Source of the DNA: Eledone cirrhosa
Lineage: Eukaryota
Assembly (NCBI GenBank): GCA_964016885.1
Contig: OZ024741.1
Coordinates: forward strand, 291,958,001 to 292,022,000
Reading direction: 5' to 3'
Length of the DNA stretch: 64,000 nt
The translations under genes and the position numbers were made by a program. Shown here in pieces: positions 42,412 through 57,026 of this stretch. The notes under the pieces were generated by a model that was given only the letters and a program-made list of their open reading frames with translations, was not told the origin of the DNA and did no database searches. Within the stretch, counting starts at the first letter, position 1; each line of letters starts with the position of its first letter.

Positions 42412-42980
42412 ATTTCTGATTTGCGTAGAAGACTATCAACTTTGGGGAGGGGAAAGTCGATTAAATCGACCCCAGTGCGTTACTGGTACTTTATTTTATC
42501 GACCTCGTAAAATGATAGACAAAGCTAACCGCGGCGGAATTTGAACTTTATGCCACTAAGCATGTTGTTCGACGCTCTACCGATTCTGCCAATCCACCGC
42601 TATCTAATGGTTTCTGATTTAGGCACAAGGCCAACAATTTTAGGGGGAAAGTAAATTCGATTAAATCGTTCCCAGTGCGTTACTGCTTCTTTATTTTATC
42701 GATCCCGTAAAGATGAAAGGCAAAGTTAACCTCGGCAGTATTTGACCTCAGAATGTAAAGGGCCGTAATTCTATGCCACGTAGCATGTTGTTCGACGTTC
42801 TACCGATTCTACCAATCCACCACCATACAATAATAATAATAATGTTTCTACATTTGGCACAAGGCCAGCAATTACCCCAGTGCATTACTGGTACTTTATT
42901 TTATCGACCCCGTGAGGATGAAAGGTAAATTTAACCTCGGCGGAATTTGAACTCAGAACGTAAAGGGTCATAACCATGCG
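42412..42980 (-). mobile_element. Three head-to-tail SINE family A copies (~42412-42600, 42610-42822, 42845-42980)
   Basis: Repeated TACTGGTACTTTATTTTATCGACCCCGTAA.GATGAAAGGCAAAGTTAACCTCGGCGG.ATTTGAACTC. Confidence 0.85.
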
Positions 42981-43748
42981 GCAATGATAATAATAATAAT
43001 TTAGGACACTTTATCTATGGGTGGTCCCTATTTACAGCCAAGACACTCCTCTTTAATTCGCCACTGGATTGAGGCTGTTTTAAGATAAACGTAAAATAGC
43101 TTCTTTTGTGGAGAGGAAAAAAAAAGAGTGAGCGAGCTACAAAAATTTAGAGGCCAATTGTTTTTTACCCCGAAGTCAGCTTTGAAATTGAGCAGACATA
43201 TAATTAAAAGTATTCAAACAAGGAGATTAGAGAAAGATTTGGTTGCCATTGTTAGCTGCTTTAATGAACATATTGAAGCACCTTTTGTTGGTTTTGTTGT
43301 CTATTTAGACCCACGTTAGCCCTAAAACTTATCAGACTTAAAACTAAAAGTATTCCGGTTATGACCATCACGTATTTTATTCCCATTGTGTATCTAAGAT
43401 TACACTTTTTATGCGCCCTTCGTTGTTTGAAAGGTAGCAGAATAGGAATTTATGGAAAATGTGCTATTTCTAGCAGATTGACGACCCTGTCCAAGCACCC
43501 CCCGTTGGTGATGTTGTTTATTTAACACCAGGTTAGCTCTAAGATAGACTAAAATTATAATTAAAAGTATTATAGACATGACCATCTCCTCTTTCATTTA
43601 AACTGTATCTAAAACTATTTCGTTCCTGGAACCCCCAACAACGAATGGAGACGTACGGGCGGAGCCCATCTTTCTTCGAGTTTGAATACAACTGACTTGA
43701 TCCAGAGAGAAAGAGAGAGAGAGAGAGAATGAGTGAGAGAGGGAGAGA

Positions 43749-43792
<44 letters not shown>

Positions 43793-44292
43793 GAGAGAGA
43801 GAGAGAAAGAGGGAGAGCTGTAGAGGCAGAGCTGACACCAGAATTGGGTTGATATTTATTTATCGACCACGAATCTTTGAAGAGCAAAGTTACTCTCAGC
43901 AGGATTTCTAATCATTCTGCCAATTCGCCGCCTACATAGAACAATAGAAATTTCAGCAAGTACACATACAGTCTCATATTACTGTTTGCGTATGCATGTG
44001 TGTGTGTGTGTGTGTGTGACTTCTATTTTAAAGAAGATAGAAAACCTCTTTTTTTAATGCACATTTTCAATTTTATATGTAACAATACAAAAAACTAGAA
44101 CAACATTCTCCTTTTCCAAATAATAAGGAAATCAACCAGAACAGAATTATGTGATTAACGGTTGGGTTCACACAACATAGATAGACTTATTCGAAAATAT
44201 TTTGATTACATTTTAGGCCGTCTACCAATATTCCGGACACCTGTTGTTACATTCAATTTAATCTGACAGATGAATTTACCAAGCAAATGGGA

Positions 44293-44399
<107 letters not shown>

Positions 44400-44495
44400 C
44401 AATCTGTCTATCAATATGTCTGTCTGTCAATCTATCTATCTTTAGATTGATAGATATGTATCTTTCCTATAAATAAAGATATCTATCTATCTATC

Positions 44496-47400
44496 AATTT
44501 ATCCTCTTCTCCACCAACATGGCTAATTTAGGAGTTGGAGGTGTGAATGTGCGTGGCCTAGGGATGCCCTGGAAACAGGGCCAACTTTTAAACGACCTTA
44601 GGTCACACGATATGGATGTGATAGCCATCACCGAGTCCAGGATCCACAACAGGCAGCAACTAATCCCCGTCTTCAATGACTTAGAGATCTACGCATCTCT
44701 CTGGATGGTAGACTGGTAGTCCTAGACGTAAACAGTGTTGGAGGTGGAGCCTTCAGACTCGTGGCCATTTATGCCCCGACTGGGCAATCGTGGTCAGACA
44801 TCTTTAAGCGTCTAGAGTCTTTTCTGGTAACGTCTCGCCCCTTGATTTTAGTGGGGGCGTGGACAAACCGCAGCGGAACATCTAGATTGTATTTAGATAG
44901 GTTCTTTAATAGAGAGAGAGACAAGAAGATGTTAAACTGTCCACAAATGTACATGGTTGCCTATTCAGAACACAAACTAGTCACCTGCATAGAACACATA
45001 GACAAGGACCCGTATACTGGAAGCTGAACATGTCGTTACCGACCCGTAAAGCCTACGGTGAACGGGTAAGTAGATTAGTTAAGCAACAGTTGACGGGAGC
45101 CATCGTCAACAATAGATGGTGGTACTCTGTACTCTCTCAAGAGAGCAATTAGAGTACAGTCGATAGCTTTTAGCAAAGAAATAGCCTTAGAGAAAAACAA
45201 AACAGAAACAGAACTTGTAGCCAGGGCAGAGGAGGTACTTAGTAGTGGCAACGTAGCTAGAGTGCTAGCAACGAGAACGGCACTAGACCAGTTCTTCGAT
45301 GCGAAACACCAAGGCTGCGTGGTCAGGAGTAGATCATGTCCACTAGGAAACGAGGGAACAAAAGCTGTTAGCTGGGCCTGAGTGGCAGAGGCGAAAAGTG
45401 GCAACAAGTTCACGATTCGGTCTTTGAAATACCAAAACGGACGTGTGCTACTTGACTCCAAGCGGATGTGCACGGCCTTTCAACCGCACATTGCGCAACT
45501 GTTCGAGCAGAACGGCGGTGCGCCGAACGGGGCAATCGACTTCGGTTCATACCTCGACGGTCTGCCGTGTCTCTCGAGCATGGACGCCGAGTTCTACGAA
45601 AGACCGATCACAGCCACTGAGACATGGGACGCTCTGGGCCGCTGCGGGAAACGAAAATCACCCGGTTAAGATGGTCTACTCTATGAGTTATACATAGGCA
45701 TGCCAGACTTGTTCTCTGGCGTCCCTGAAGCCGTCTACTGCAACTGGCAGCAGAACAGGAGGATTCCCACTTCTGTAGGCAGAAACGTAGTAACGCTGAT
45801 CAGGAAACATGAGAACAAGGGGGACGAACTAAGCAATTTCAGGCCCATAACCCTGCTCAACACAGAGTTAAAGATTTGGGCCAAGGTGTAAGCAGCGAGG
45901 CTGGCGCTTGTCGTCGAGAACCTGGTAGGGGACGCGCAAACGTGTGCAATCCCTACCAGGTCCATATACGACAACCTCCACCTCATGTGATACATCATAG
46001 AGAGGGTAGGGTGTAAACCTGGCTTCAGTGGGGCTCTAATTTATTTAGATCAGTCTAAGGCATTTGATAGTGTCGACCATCAATACTTGGAAACGGTTCT
46101 CAAGGCGGCCGGCTTCGGTCCCGTCTTCAGAGGCTGAACCGCTGCCATGCACACCAGCATCTGCTCGGCAGTCAAGGTGAATGGCTACCTATCGGAGCCA
46201 TTCCAAATCATGCGCTCCATCCGTCAGGGGTGCCCTCTCTCCTCTCTCCTCCAGTCTGTTTGTACTGACTCTCGAGCCATTACTGCGGAAGTTGGAGCCG
46301 TTGCAGGGCATTCCGATCGAACCAGGACTGCGGAAAGTAGCGTCGGCCTATGTTGACGACATAACCGTAATCGTGTCGAAAACCTCGGACATCGGGGTAA
46401 TCGGCAACCTATTACACGAATACGAAACGTTCAAAGGAGCAATACTAAACCCAAACAAGACTATCGGTTTGCAACTTGGCACACGGAGAGGCAAACCCAT
46501 ACCTTCCGACAGTGTCATTGGACGCTGAAATTGCTCGGGGTCTGGTTTGGTCCAGACCTCCAGGAGGACAAGGACTGGAACGACGTCACGGCGAAGGTGT
46601 TTGCACTCACCCAGAAGTGCTCTGAGTGCAAACTCTCCTTGAAAGGTCGAGCGGATGTGGCGAACACTTACATAGCGTCCGTCATCTACTAACGCTTGAC
46701 AGTCGTGCCTTGTTCCCGCGAATATCTCTCCAAAATGGAACGCCTACTCTTCAAGTTCCTCTGGAAGAAACAGGCTCCATTAGTGAGGAGATCCAACTGC
46801 TGTCAACATCCTTCTAAGGGAAGGTTGGGTAGGCCGTGGCTGATGATGCGCAAACACGCGCTGAGGCTACGCCATCTCCAGTTATTCCTGACCGGCCAAC
46901 CGGTGTGGCTGTCGTTTGTGAGACGAACTCTTCCACAACTCGTCTCACTAACAGAGCTGCAATCCTGAGTCAAGTGAAGACCTAAAATGGGCGCCTGGCA
47001 CCTCGAGTGCCTTCAGGCCCTCACAGCCCTCTACCAAGCAGAAACGGCAATCAGCAGAGACTCCACTTCGACATTCTATAGGGAATTAGTGGAGGATAAG
47101 TGCGATGACGTTCTCGGGGAAACTCTAGTCATAGGGGAAGACGAACTGAACAGTCTGTTCGGGAGGACTTTCCGTCCAGGGCCTATGGATAACTTCCAGA
47201 GGTCTCCCCCCAGGCAGTGCTACCGAGGAGCTCTACCAGTTCGAGACAAAATCTACAGGCACGGACGCCGTGACAGAGATCCTGCCTAACGAAACTGTCC
47301 AAGATGCGAGCGGGACATCAAAACCGTTCTGCATGCAATTGTTCAGTGCCCAGGGGTGACCGACCTGTGGAATTATGTCGAACAGCTACTGTCACGTGTA

Positions 47401-47500
47401 GGACGCATCCAGTTGTCAGCCGAGTCCATCGCCGTCACGTCTTGTAATGTCCCCTTTTCGTACGCCCCTGTGGCAAATAAAGAAAGATATCTATTTATCT
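44496..47500 (+). mobile_element. Tx1/L1-clade non-LTR retrotransposon ORF2 (APE endonuclease, RT, C-terminal Zn finger), decayed, inserted in (TATC)n
   Basis: MANLGVGGVNVRGL..DMDVIAITESRI; AIYAPT; KSPG*DGL; NFRPITLLNTELKIWAKV; LDQSKAFDSVDH; SIRQGCPLS; SAYVDDITV; CPRC..TVLHAIVQCP. Many stops and frameshifts. Ends AATAAAGAAA+TATC. Confidence 0.92.
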
Positions 47501-47504
47501 ATTT

Positions 47505-48530
47505 GTCTCCCGTTCGTGAGGCGAGCATTCCCACGACTCGTCTCGCTGACTGAGCTGCAGTCCTGGGTCAAGCAAATACCGAGGAAAATGGGCGACTGGC
47601 ACATCGAATGTGCTCAGGCGCTCACAGCCCTCTGGCAGGCGGACCCGGCGATCAGTGGAGACTCCACTTCGTCATTCTATAGAGGTTGGTCCGCAGCAAG
47701 TGCGACGACGCGCTCGGAGAAACTCTAGGCGTAGAGGAAGACGAACTGGCCAGTCTGTTCGGTAGAACCTTCGGACCGATGGACAACTTCCCAAAGTCCC
47801 TGGCCTGGCAGTGCTACCGAGGAGCTCTACCAGTTCGAGACAAGCTCTACAGACACGGGCGCCCGGGCAGGGACCCTTCGAAAAAGATCTGTCCGAGATG
47901 CGTGCGCGACGAGGAAACCGTCGCGCACGCATTTGTACACTGCCCGGGCTTTACCGACTTGTGGGGCTATGTAGAACGACTATTGTCGCGGGGATGACCA
48001 ATTCAGTTGAGCACCGAGTCCATTGTCATAATCAAACTGCCACCCTCCTTCAACAACGAAGGAGAGGCGGTTTTCCTTTGTGTGATAGCTATGGCGAAAG
48101 AGGTTGTATGGTGGACGAGGTTAAAAGGGATGAGGTCAACAACTGATTCGTTTTTTCAAATACCACTTTGGAAGAAGAATCAGGATGGAGAGAGAGGTGC
48201 TGTACCCCAGCAAGTTTTATGAAAGGTGGGTGAAAGTGGCGAGAATGGCCCGAGTGAATGGGCCTTCTCTCTATATCAGCCTGTAAGTTGAGGAAAAGGA
48301 GGAAGAGTGGAAATGGGTACACACTCTTCGTACTCCTGGAGATGAGGGTTGCACATTTTTTTTCGGGCGTATGTGCAACCCATATGGACTGTCTCCCCTA
48401 TTGGGGAAAATCGATTAACTTTTAATTTGAATTTGTGATAATATTTTACTCGTTTTTATTGTATGTAAACTTCCCCCCTTTGTAATTGTCCCCTTCTTTT
48501 GTGCCCCTGTGGCTAATAAAGAAACATATC
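47505..48530 (+). mobile_element. Second, 5'-truncated Tx1-clade copy (C-terminal region plus 3'UTR)
   Basis: Paralogous to 46915-47430 (MDNFPKSLAWQCYRGALPVRDKLYRHG..CPRCVRDEETVAHAFVHCPG). Ends GCCCCTGTGGCTAATAAAGAAA+(TATC)n. Confidence 0.9.
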
Positions 48531-49616
48531 TATCTATGTATCTATCTATCTATTTGTCAATCTATATGTATGTAAGTATACATACATGCATCCATACCCC
48601 ATAATACATATATATATATATGTTCTTCTTGTTTTATAATTTCATAATTTTTTGGTAATAGTAATCTAAAATGTAATCAAAATATTTTCGAATAAGTCTA
48701 TCTGTTGTGTGAACCCAACCGTTAATCATATGATTCTGTTCTGGTTGATTTCTTTGTTATTATTTGGAATTTACACATCAACTAGGTAGATATGTCTGCA
48801 TGCGTGCATAAAGCGCTCAACATTTTCGCATTTTCGTATTCAAAATATACTCCGTCATTCCTATGTGGTACGTAGAGTGCTTGAATTGAATTGCATCAAT
48901 TTTTACCGTAAGTATATATGTATATATTTATATATTAGAATATAAAGTAGGTTGGGCGACTGCTACAATAGAAGTAGACGATTTGCTAATGACGTGAACA
49001 ATGGCAATGACAATAAAGATGATCCCTTCGTTCGTGATTAGCCCCACAAATATTTAGAGGGATTGGAAGATGCAAACATGGACAGTTGTAAAGAAAATTA
49101 GCAAGGTGTATTGACCCTGTTTTTCGAGATGAAGATGTTGCCAAATGAATATGGGACCATACTGGATAGTCTCCGCGTAAAGCGCTTGAGGCAAGCAGGT
49201 TAATGTCAGTAACAAAGAAAGAGTCTTTAAATCCTGATTGAATCGTATATGCACCGCCCATTTTAAACCTAGCAGAGACGATCCGTCTCCAGTTCGGAAC
49301 ACAGCCAATTTCTTCCAGGAGAGATAGAGAGCTACAAAAGATGATAATGAATGATGAGGAAGTACTGCACTGGTATTTATATATCGATCTTCAAAGTATG
49401 AAATGCGGAGTTTTAACTCAGATCGCAGTGAGACGGAACAATTACCATGGCATTTAACGACTCTCCCAATTTGCCACAGGTAAGACGTAAGGAAAAACAT
49501 GGCAAAATCCCAGAAAGAATCAACAGGTACAACGCACATGAATACACATTCAATGTAATTACTACGTGGAAGAATAGAAAAGAAGAAAAATCAAAGCCTC
49601 TGATAATTTTCCTTTG

Positions 49617-50049
49617 TTAACCCTTTAGCATTTACATTATTCTATATTTATTATAGGCGGTGGATTGGCAGTATCGGTAGAGGGTCGGACGCCATGCTTT
49701 CCAGCATAGTTACGTCCCTTTACGATCTGAGTTCAAATCCCGCCGAGGTTGACTTTGCCTTTCATCCTTACGGGGTCGATAAAATAAAGTACCAGTAATG
49801 CACTGGGTAATTGCTGGCCTTGTGCCTAAAGTAGAAACAATTATTCTATATTTATTATTGTATTTTCATGATACACATTTTATCTAACATAATTATCTCA
49901 CATAATATGAAATCTACGAGCTTTTGATATTATTTATTTTGAGAACAATATCTTGATATAAGTATGGGCGGGCCTTTACAGCCGGGTTGAACAGAAAGTG
50001 GCAAGGGAATTCTGGCCGAATACGGCCGATTTAAATGCTAACGAGTTAA
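49617..50049. mobile_element. piggyBac-type MITE with nested SINE A (49655-49842)
   Basis: TTAA-CCCTTTAGCATTTA ... TAAATGCTAACGAG-TTAA. The SINE is flanked by the duplication CTATATTTATTAT. Confidence 0.7.
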
Positions 50050-50744
50050 AACAGGAGTAGAAGGGAAATGAACAAATCTGAAAGGAAGAAATATGTTGGT
50101 GGCTCACATGTGCAGCCTGCGCCAATGGCAGACAAATAATGGAGTAAAGTACTTTTGTTTTTCAGCAGGGAAATGTGAGCTTGAAAAGTGCGGGCGGATA
50201 TAGAGAAGATATATGGGTGAAGTATGCTTATGTATATATGATAGGCGTATGAGAATGTAGTGAAGTGAAGTATACAGCAATGTGCGAAGCATGTTCATAT
50301 ATGTGTGTTTTGTAAGAGAATAGCGAGTTGCACAAGTGTGCGCAAGCAAGGTTGTGCGAATGAGTGAGTGGTTTATATACATGATGGTGGGGTATAAATG
50401 TGTGGCAGTATGTGTAAGATATAATATTAGTGGGTGATGTAGGGTGTCATATTGTATGGGCGTTAATGTTTAGTGGATCGGGTGTATTTTGTGTCTGAGT
50501 GCAGAAATGGACGATGCAGTATGTGAGTGTGAGGAGTGGAAAAGGTAAAAGAGATGAGAAAAACACTTGTATGCGTTTATATCTCTCTCTCTCTCACACT
50601 CTCTCGCTCTCACTCTCTCTCTCTCTCTGTGAGTGTGTTTTAGAGGAAAGTTTGGAGGAAATTAATACCAGCAGGGAATCTGTGTTAAAATATAATATTA
50701 GTTATTGTCAAGAAGATGCCAGGAAACGGGAGCACAAACATCGC

Positions 50745-51025
50745 GATACAGGTGGGGAAATAGATTTTTACAGGTGGATGTAGAGATTTTTACAGGTGAG
50801 ATAAGAGATTTTTACAGGTGAGATAAGAGATGTTTACAGGTGGGAGAAGATATATTTACACACAGGTGAAGATATTTCTCTAAGTGAAGAGATTTCTACA
50901 CGTGGGAGAAGAAATTTCTCCGGAGAAGAAATTTCTCCAGGTGAGAGAAGAAATTTCTCCAAGTGAGAGAACAAATTTCTACAGGTGCGAGAAGAATTAT
51001 TTACGGGGGAGAGAAGAGATGTTTT
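50745..51025. repeat. Degenerate ~22-bp minisatellite (ACAGGTGAGAGAAGAGATTTTT)
   Basis: Direct inspection. Confidence 0.75.
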
Positions 51026-51733
51026 ACCAGGAAGGATATTGAAAAACGCTCTAGCTGAAAAAGCAGTAACTATGAATGGTGTGAAAACCAGGGTGTAAAC
51101 AATGCACAGATGTTTCTACTGTGAAAAAGAAATAGTTTAAAAGGACCACTAAAATTAATCTAAAAAATAAGAATGTTTTATAAGAAAGACACGATACAGC
51201 AGGTTTTAGGGAAAGACAATATAGTTGGTTAAATCCTTCACAGTATTTGACTGGTCATTTAATTTATCTTAGAGAATGATGAAATATGAAATATAACATA
51301 TCACTCTCAGAACATAAGAGATCCTATTGTAAATAGTGTTCAATTTGTATCCTGACACAGTACTTTCTCTGTCAATAACAAAATATCTCCCTGATCCGCA
51401 ATAATTCCCTGAGTCACAAACATTGAGTACAGAAATTAAAAAATAATATCTACTTAAAATCTAGTAAACCAATGAAAGAATAAATAAATAAATATGTAAG
51501 TTATAGCAAGAATTCCTCAACTGTGGAATAGTCTCCAAAATAAAGAGGGGTGATGAGGTAGGGGTGAAAGAAATGATAATAGTAAAACTGTATAGAAAAT
51601 ATTTTTTTCTGTATTTATTCTTTTTTGAAATGTTACAGCGGTGAACTTTAGACTTTCTGTACTGATATTCGATTTTTCGTGGTGTATATATGAATGTTTG
51701 TGTGTGTGTGTATATATATATATATATAAATAG

Positions 51734-51906
<173 letters not shown>

Positions 51907-52220
51907 CAGTATATATTAGAGCAAACATCACGAGCGCTCTATCTCAAAATTATTTTTGAAAAGCATTAGAAATGCGCAACCGGTAAAAACTTAAAACTAA
52001 AACTGAATACTAACCAATACTTATTACTAATTCATACTTATTCCTAATTAAACTATTTTTCACTGGGAAAAATTTGTCAGCATTTTTTTTCCTTTTACTA
52101 ATATATATATATATATACACATATCAATATACATATATACACATGCATATACCTACAAACACACACAGACACATAAATATGTATATACATATACAGACAC
52201 AAACATACATATATTTATAC

Positions 52221-52292
<72 letters not shown>

Positions 52293-52729
52293 GCAAATGC
52301 ATACATATATATATACGTACATTGAGGCATACACGCATTTTCATGCATACAAGAACGCTAATACAAGTAGAAAAGGTATGCAGGTAAAGAACAGTTACAT
52401 GACCTCAGTACTGTGAGGCGGACCGAAAGGGGGCGTAGGTTGTGGGTAGGGGTGGGGTGGGATGGAGAGAGAGGGGGTATTATGTCGAGTGAGATGTTTT
52501 TTAAAACTATCGTTTAGGGGGCGAAACTGGTTTGTAGAATTTATACGTTGCATAATTTTTGTCCATGGAGTTCGAGCAGTGTTCAGAGAGTTTGTTCAGT
52601 GTTGGGCCCTTGGCAAATATTATATCATAGCTCCCCGAAATACAAAGGTCGCAACACTTGTGTCCTCCTCTGTATGAGCACGCTCTCTGGAATAATTTCC
52701 ATTTGAGCGTGAAGTGGGTGGACTTCCTC

Positions 52730-53290
52730 TAGATGTCCCAGGCATCATCATTGCCGCCATGTCCTGCGTCACCAGAGACCAGTGTATGTCCTTAGGGCAT
52801 CAATATATGTCAACCTGGGACTCTCTATTCTAGTGTGTCCGTGTAGGGGATCCCACAGAAGCACTGAGTGCAGTATCAACGCTGAATGTCAGTGAGCATG
52901 TCCAGCTAATCCCAATCTCCTCTGTGTTGCCTTCCAGCTGACTTTTGGGAGGCTACCGTACAGCTCTGAGTTCTTCATCCTCAGGGCATGCTGATCAATG
53001 TTCAGAGCCATCCTCAGCATTCTCGTGCAGCACCCAACCACCATCTGAGTTTCTTCGTCAGTGTCCAATTTTCAGACACGTACAGTAGCACGGACTCCAC
53101 TGTAGCAACGAAGAGACGGATCTTCAGGTTTTTACGAAGGTCCGACTTCCACACCGATCTCAAACTATGGCACACTACCCAGGCTTTGCAGTTCCTCTCA
53201 AACACATCATCCTCTATGTTCCCAATCTTTTCTCCCAGATACAGGAAGTCCTCATCCAACTCTCGCAGTTTCCCGCCTACTTTCATATAT
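52730..53290 (-). mobile_element. RTE-X-like LINE fragment (same family as 15043-15594)
   Basis: DFLYLGEKIGNIEDDVFERNCKAWVVCHSLRSVWKSDLRKNLKIRLFVATVESVLLYVSENWTLTKKL. Confidence 0.85.
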
Positions 53291-53799
53291 AATTTTGCAT
53301 TCATAGTTGATCATCTATAGGATGTTCCGTGTGTCCCTCTTCCTTCTGCATGATTCTAAAAGATAACTAACAAATTTATTTATTTATCTATTTATTTAAA
53401 TGTTTCTTCAATAGTTTCATGCGAGCCTCTACATCATCACCTTCCGCAATACTGTATTTCTGTAGAATTGGGATTTTCATTTTGTGGGGGTTGGCTGTGT
53501 CTATACTCATCTGTTCGCTATGCTGAGAATACCAGTGTGTACTCACAAAGAATTCGTCAACCCATGGCTATAGTAGAACGCTCTTGAAGCATGTGGCTGC
53601 GAATCAAACTCCTTAACCACAAAGCCATTACATTCAATTTATCAAGAAGGATAGCCTAAGTACGATTAACAAGATCCCAGAAGCCATTTGCATAACGAGT
53701 GGGGTGGGACTCATCAAATCAGACCTAGGAAACAATGTTTCCATTGGTGTCACTATTGCTGATACTATCTACCGGTCGCAAATCACGGCAGAAAATACA

Positions 53800-53890
53800 A
53801 CGTAAAATATAACGCCGACCCGGTCCGGGAATCGAATTCGCAACCTCACGATTGCGAGTATAATATGTAAACACTAAGCCATGCACCTTC
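53800..53890 (-). mobile_element. tRNA-derived SINE family C head; related pieces at ~56030-56245, ~58420-58540 and 63838-64000
   Basis: Minus strand GCATGGCTTAGTG...GAATTCGATTCCCGGACCGGG (A/B-box-like); similar head at 63838. Confidence 0.55.
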
Positions 53891-53972
53891 ATATGTAGGA
53901 GATAAGTCTTGATAATGACAAGTCAATTATTCCCAACGCCAAAACACGAGATCCCTAAATAGGGAAAATTAC

Positions 53973-54032
53973 CTGCTTCAAGGTGTTAAGTAAGGATTCT
54001 TGAGAATCTGGTTTCAAGAACAATACAACCAT
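53973..54032 (-). CDS. Weak candidate first coding exon (MVVLFLKPDSQESLLNTLKQ)
   Basis: AATATGG start context and CAG|GTAATT donor in non-repetitive sequence. No homology recognised. Confidence 0.15.
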
Positions 54033-54247
54033 ATTCTCAGCTCTTCACGTCGTTTCGTTCTTAGTTTTGAAATTCTGTTCTTCAATTTCTTCTAATGAGA
54101 CTTTTATAACTGCCAGACCTAAGTCTAACAATGTATTATTCGAGCGTACTTGAGTATGCACACACACTCATACTCGCACGCGCACCCCCCCCCCACACAC
54201 ACACATGTATTTACACATATATATATATATACATATATATATATGTA

Positions 54248-54313
<66 letters not shown>

Positions 54314-54370
54314 TATGTATGTATGTATGTATTGAATATATACAGTTACATTTGCTTATATAATTAAACG

Positions 54371-54404
54371 GTGGCCTGAGGATTGAGAAACTAATAGTTG
54401 TAAC
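54371..54404 (+). ncRNA. Degenerate HHR-like motif (stem II collapsed)
   Basis: GTGGC-CTGAGGA-TTGA-GAAAC-TAATA-GTT-GTAAC in a short island within (TA)n. Confidence 0.35.
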
Positions 54405-54486
54405 ATGTCAAGATTCGACTTCAGTAATATATATATATATATATGATATATATATATAAGTATGTATTTATGTATATGTATGTATA

Positions 54487-54534
<48 letters not shown>

Positions 54535-54933
54535 GTGATATTAAATTTCATATAGCTAGTAGACACAATTGTTTATCAAATTATACAATTGCACATATGC
54601 ATACACACATATATACATACACACATGAAAACTCTCTACCTCCCTCTGTCTCTGTCTCGGTCTGTCTCTCTCTCTCTCTCTCTCTCTCACTCTCTCTCTC
54701 TCTCACACACACACACATATATATATATATATAGCGAGAGAGAAAGAGATAACATTCTAACTAAACCCACTCTACACTCCAATACATTTATTTATTCATT
54801 TATTTATTTATGTATCAGTTAGTGAACAACTTTGTCATTTATTACCGTCTTGCGACACACCGATCTCCGGTTCAACAATTCTGACGGTCTCTCATTGATA
54901 TTTATATATTTCAGTGAAATACGCAATGCTTGG

Positions 54934-55002
<69 letters not shown>

Positions 55003-55075
55003 ACACACACACACAGATATACATCCATATATATATGGCGTAGACATTACAATACAACGGGAGGAAATATAATAG

Positions 55076-55119
55076 TACCACTGATGATGTCACGGGTGTG
55101 TGATGAAAGAACTTTGATA
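55076..55119 (+). ncRNA. Degenerate HHR-like motif
   Basis: TACCA-CTGATGA-T-GTCAC-GGGTGT-GTGAT-GAAAG-AA-CTT-TGATA between microsatellites. Confidence 0.4.
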
Positions 55120-55270
55120 GTCTATATATATATTTATATATATATTTTTATCCGTTGGTCAATCAATAATAAACATTGATTACCAGATAAATTAACTATA
55201 GAGATATAAAAGATACGGCGAAAACCAATCAAAACCAAACAGTGAATGTGTTTTATTATTATTTCTGTCA

Positions 55271-55458
55271 GGGCGGTGAATTGGCAGTATCGGTAGAGGG
55301 TTGGACGCCATGCTTTCTAGCATAGTTACGTCCCTTTACAGTCTGAGTTCAAATCCCGCCGAGGTTAACTTTGCCTTTCATCCTTAGGGGGTCGATAAAA
55401 TAAAGTACCAGTAATGTACTGGGTAATTGCTGGCCTTGTGCCTAAAGTAGAAACAAAT
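55271..55458 (+). mobile_element. SINE family A (short form) with TSD TATTATTTCTG
   Basis: TGGCAGTATCGG / GAGTTCAAATCC boxes and a flanking duplication. Confidence 0.88.
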
Positions 55459-56834
55459 ATTATTTCTGGCAATATTATAACAATATGACACAACCGAAAT
55501 ATAACAATATGTATGTATATATTTGTGTATATATATTGTTATATTTTGGGAGGGTTATGCTGCTAATAAAAACTCATCCAGCTGTTGTGATTGTAAGTCT
55601 GACGCTATAACTATATGAGTATACATTCAAGTATAGACAGAATTGTAATTAACAAATACTTGAAAATGTAATAGATTCATATATAAGGTCTCATATGCTC
55701 AAGGCAAAACTAAGAGAAGAGAGAATATTAAATAAAAACTAAAGGATAAAAATGGCATTGTCTAACAGGTAGGATGACAAAAAATTCTTAACGTAAATAC
55801 TGGTCTAACAAACAAATTCGAAAATACTAAATTAGATAAATAGATAAATTAGTTTGGGTCATATCTTATACTTCAGAAAAAGGTACGCTAAGCGATGTCG
55901 GTATGCTATAATAAGTTCATTTCAACTTTAAGGGTATATATGCCTGTAAAATGTTAAGCCACTTACAATATTATAGAAGATGGAATGTAACTGTAATACA
56001 AAAGATCAAACTTATCACACATTGTTCCACGCTGAATCTCAAAGAGAACTGAATTATGGGTACACATGCCTATAGAATATTCAGCCACATACAGTATGAT
56101 ACAACATGCATAGTACGTGTAACTGTTATACATTGTGCCACACTGAATCTTTCTGAGAATTGCATTAAATGTACACGTGCCTGTGGATCACTCAGTCATT
56201 TGCCTGCTAATATCGCGAAAAATAGGCAGGCTGTTCCGTTGATAGAACACTCGACGTCGCAATCTGTAAAGGAGCTACTCCACACCCCTCCACACCCCTC
56301 AACCCCCTCCACACCCATATACCGTACTACTACAGTTCAATAGTACTTTGATCAATATTTCAGAGATTATGTCAGAAAAGAGCAGATAGTCCAATATGTC
56401 TTTAGAAAGGATATGACGCAAATGGTAAAGTGAAAGTAGAAGGAATGAAGAGATGGAATGGCGAGGGCTAATGACGGGGAGCGGGGAGAGGCTGGCGTAT
56501 AGACGGGGGATATGAGGGAGTGAGGAAGGAAAGAAGAAGAAGAAGAAGAAGAAGAAGAAGAAGAAGAAGAAGAAGAAGAAGAAGAAGAATGGTCAAACGG
56601 AATCATGAATTCCAAGACTGTGATTGATGACATAATGTTGTCTATAAATATTGGGGAATTCTTCGAGAGTGCTCCAGAAAGAGAAGGGTGGAGGAGAGGA
56701 GGTGGACAAAAAGAAGGGACGGTGAGGCGGATGGACAAAAAGGGAGTGGGGGTGCAGGAGAAGGTGTAATGGAAGCAGGCCAAATGCCTCCAACTATCCA
56801 AATCTCAAGGAAGTTTTGTGTATGTATGCATCTA

Positions 56835-56896
<62 letters not shown>

Positions 56897-56964
56897 TATA
56901 CTTACACATGTATGTGTATATGTGTATGTATGTATGTATGTATATATATATGTATAACGCTAAC

Positions 56965-57026
<62 letters not shown>

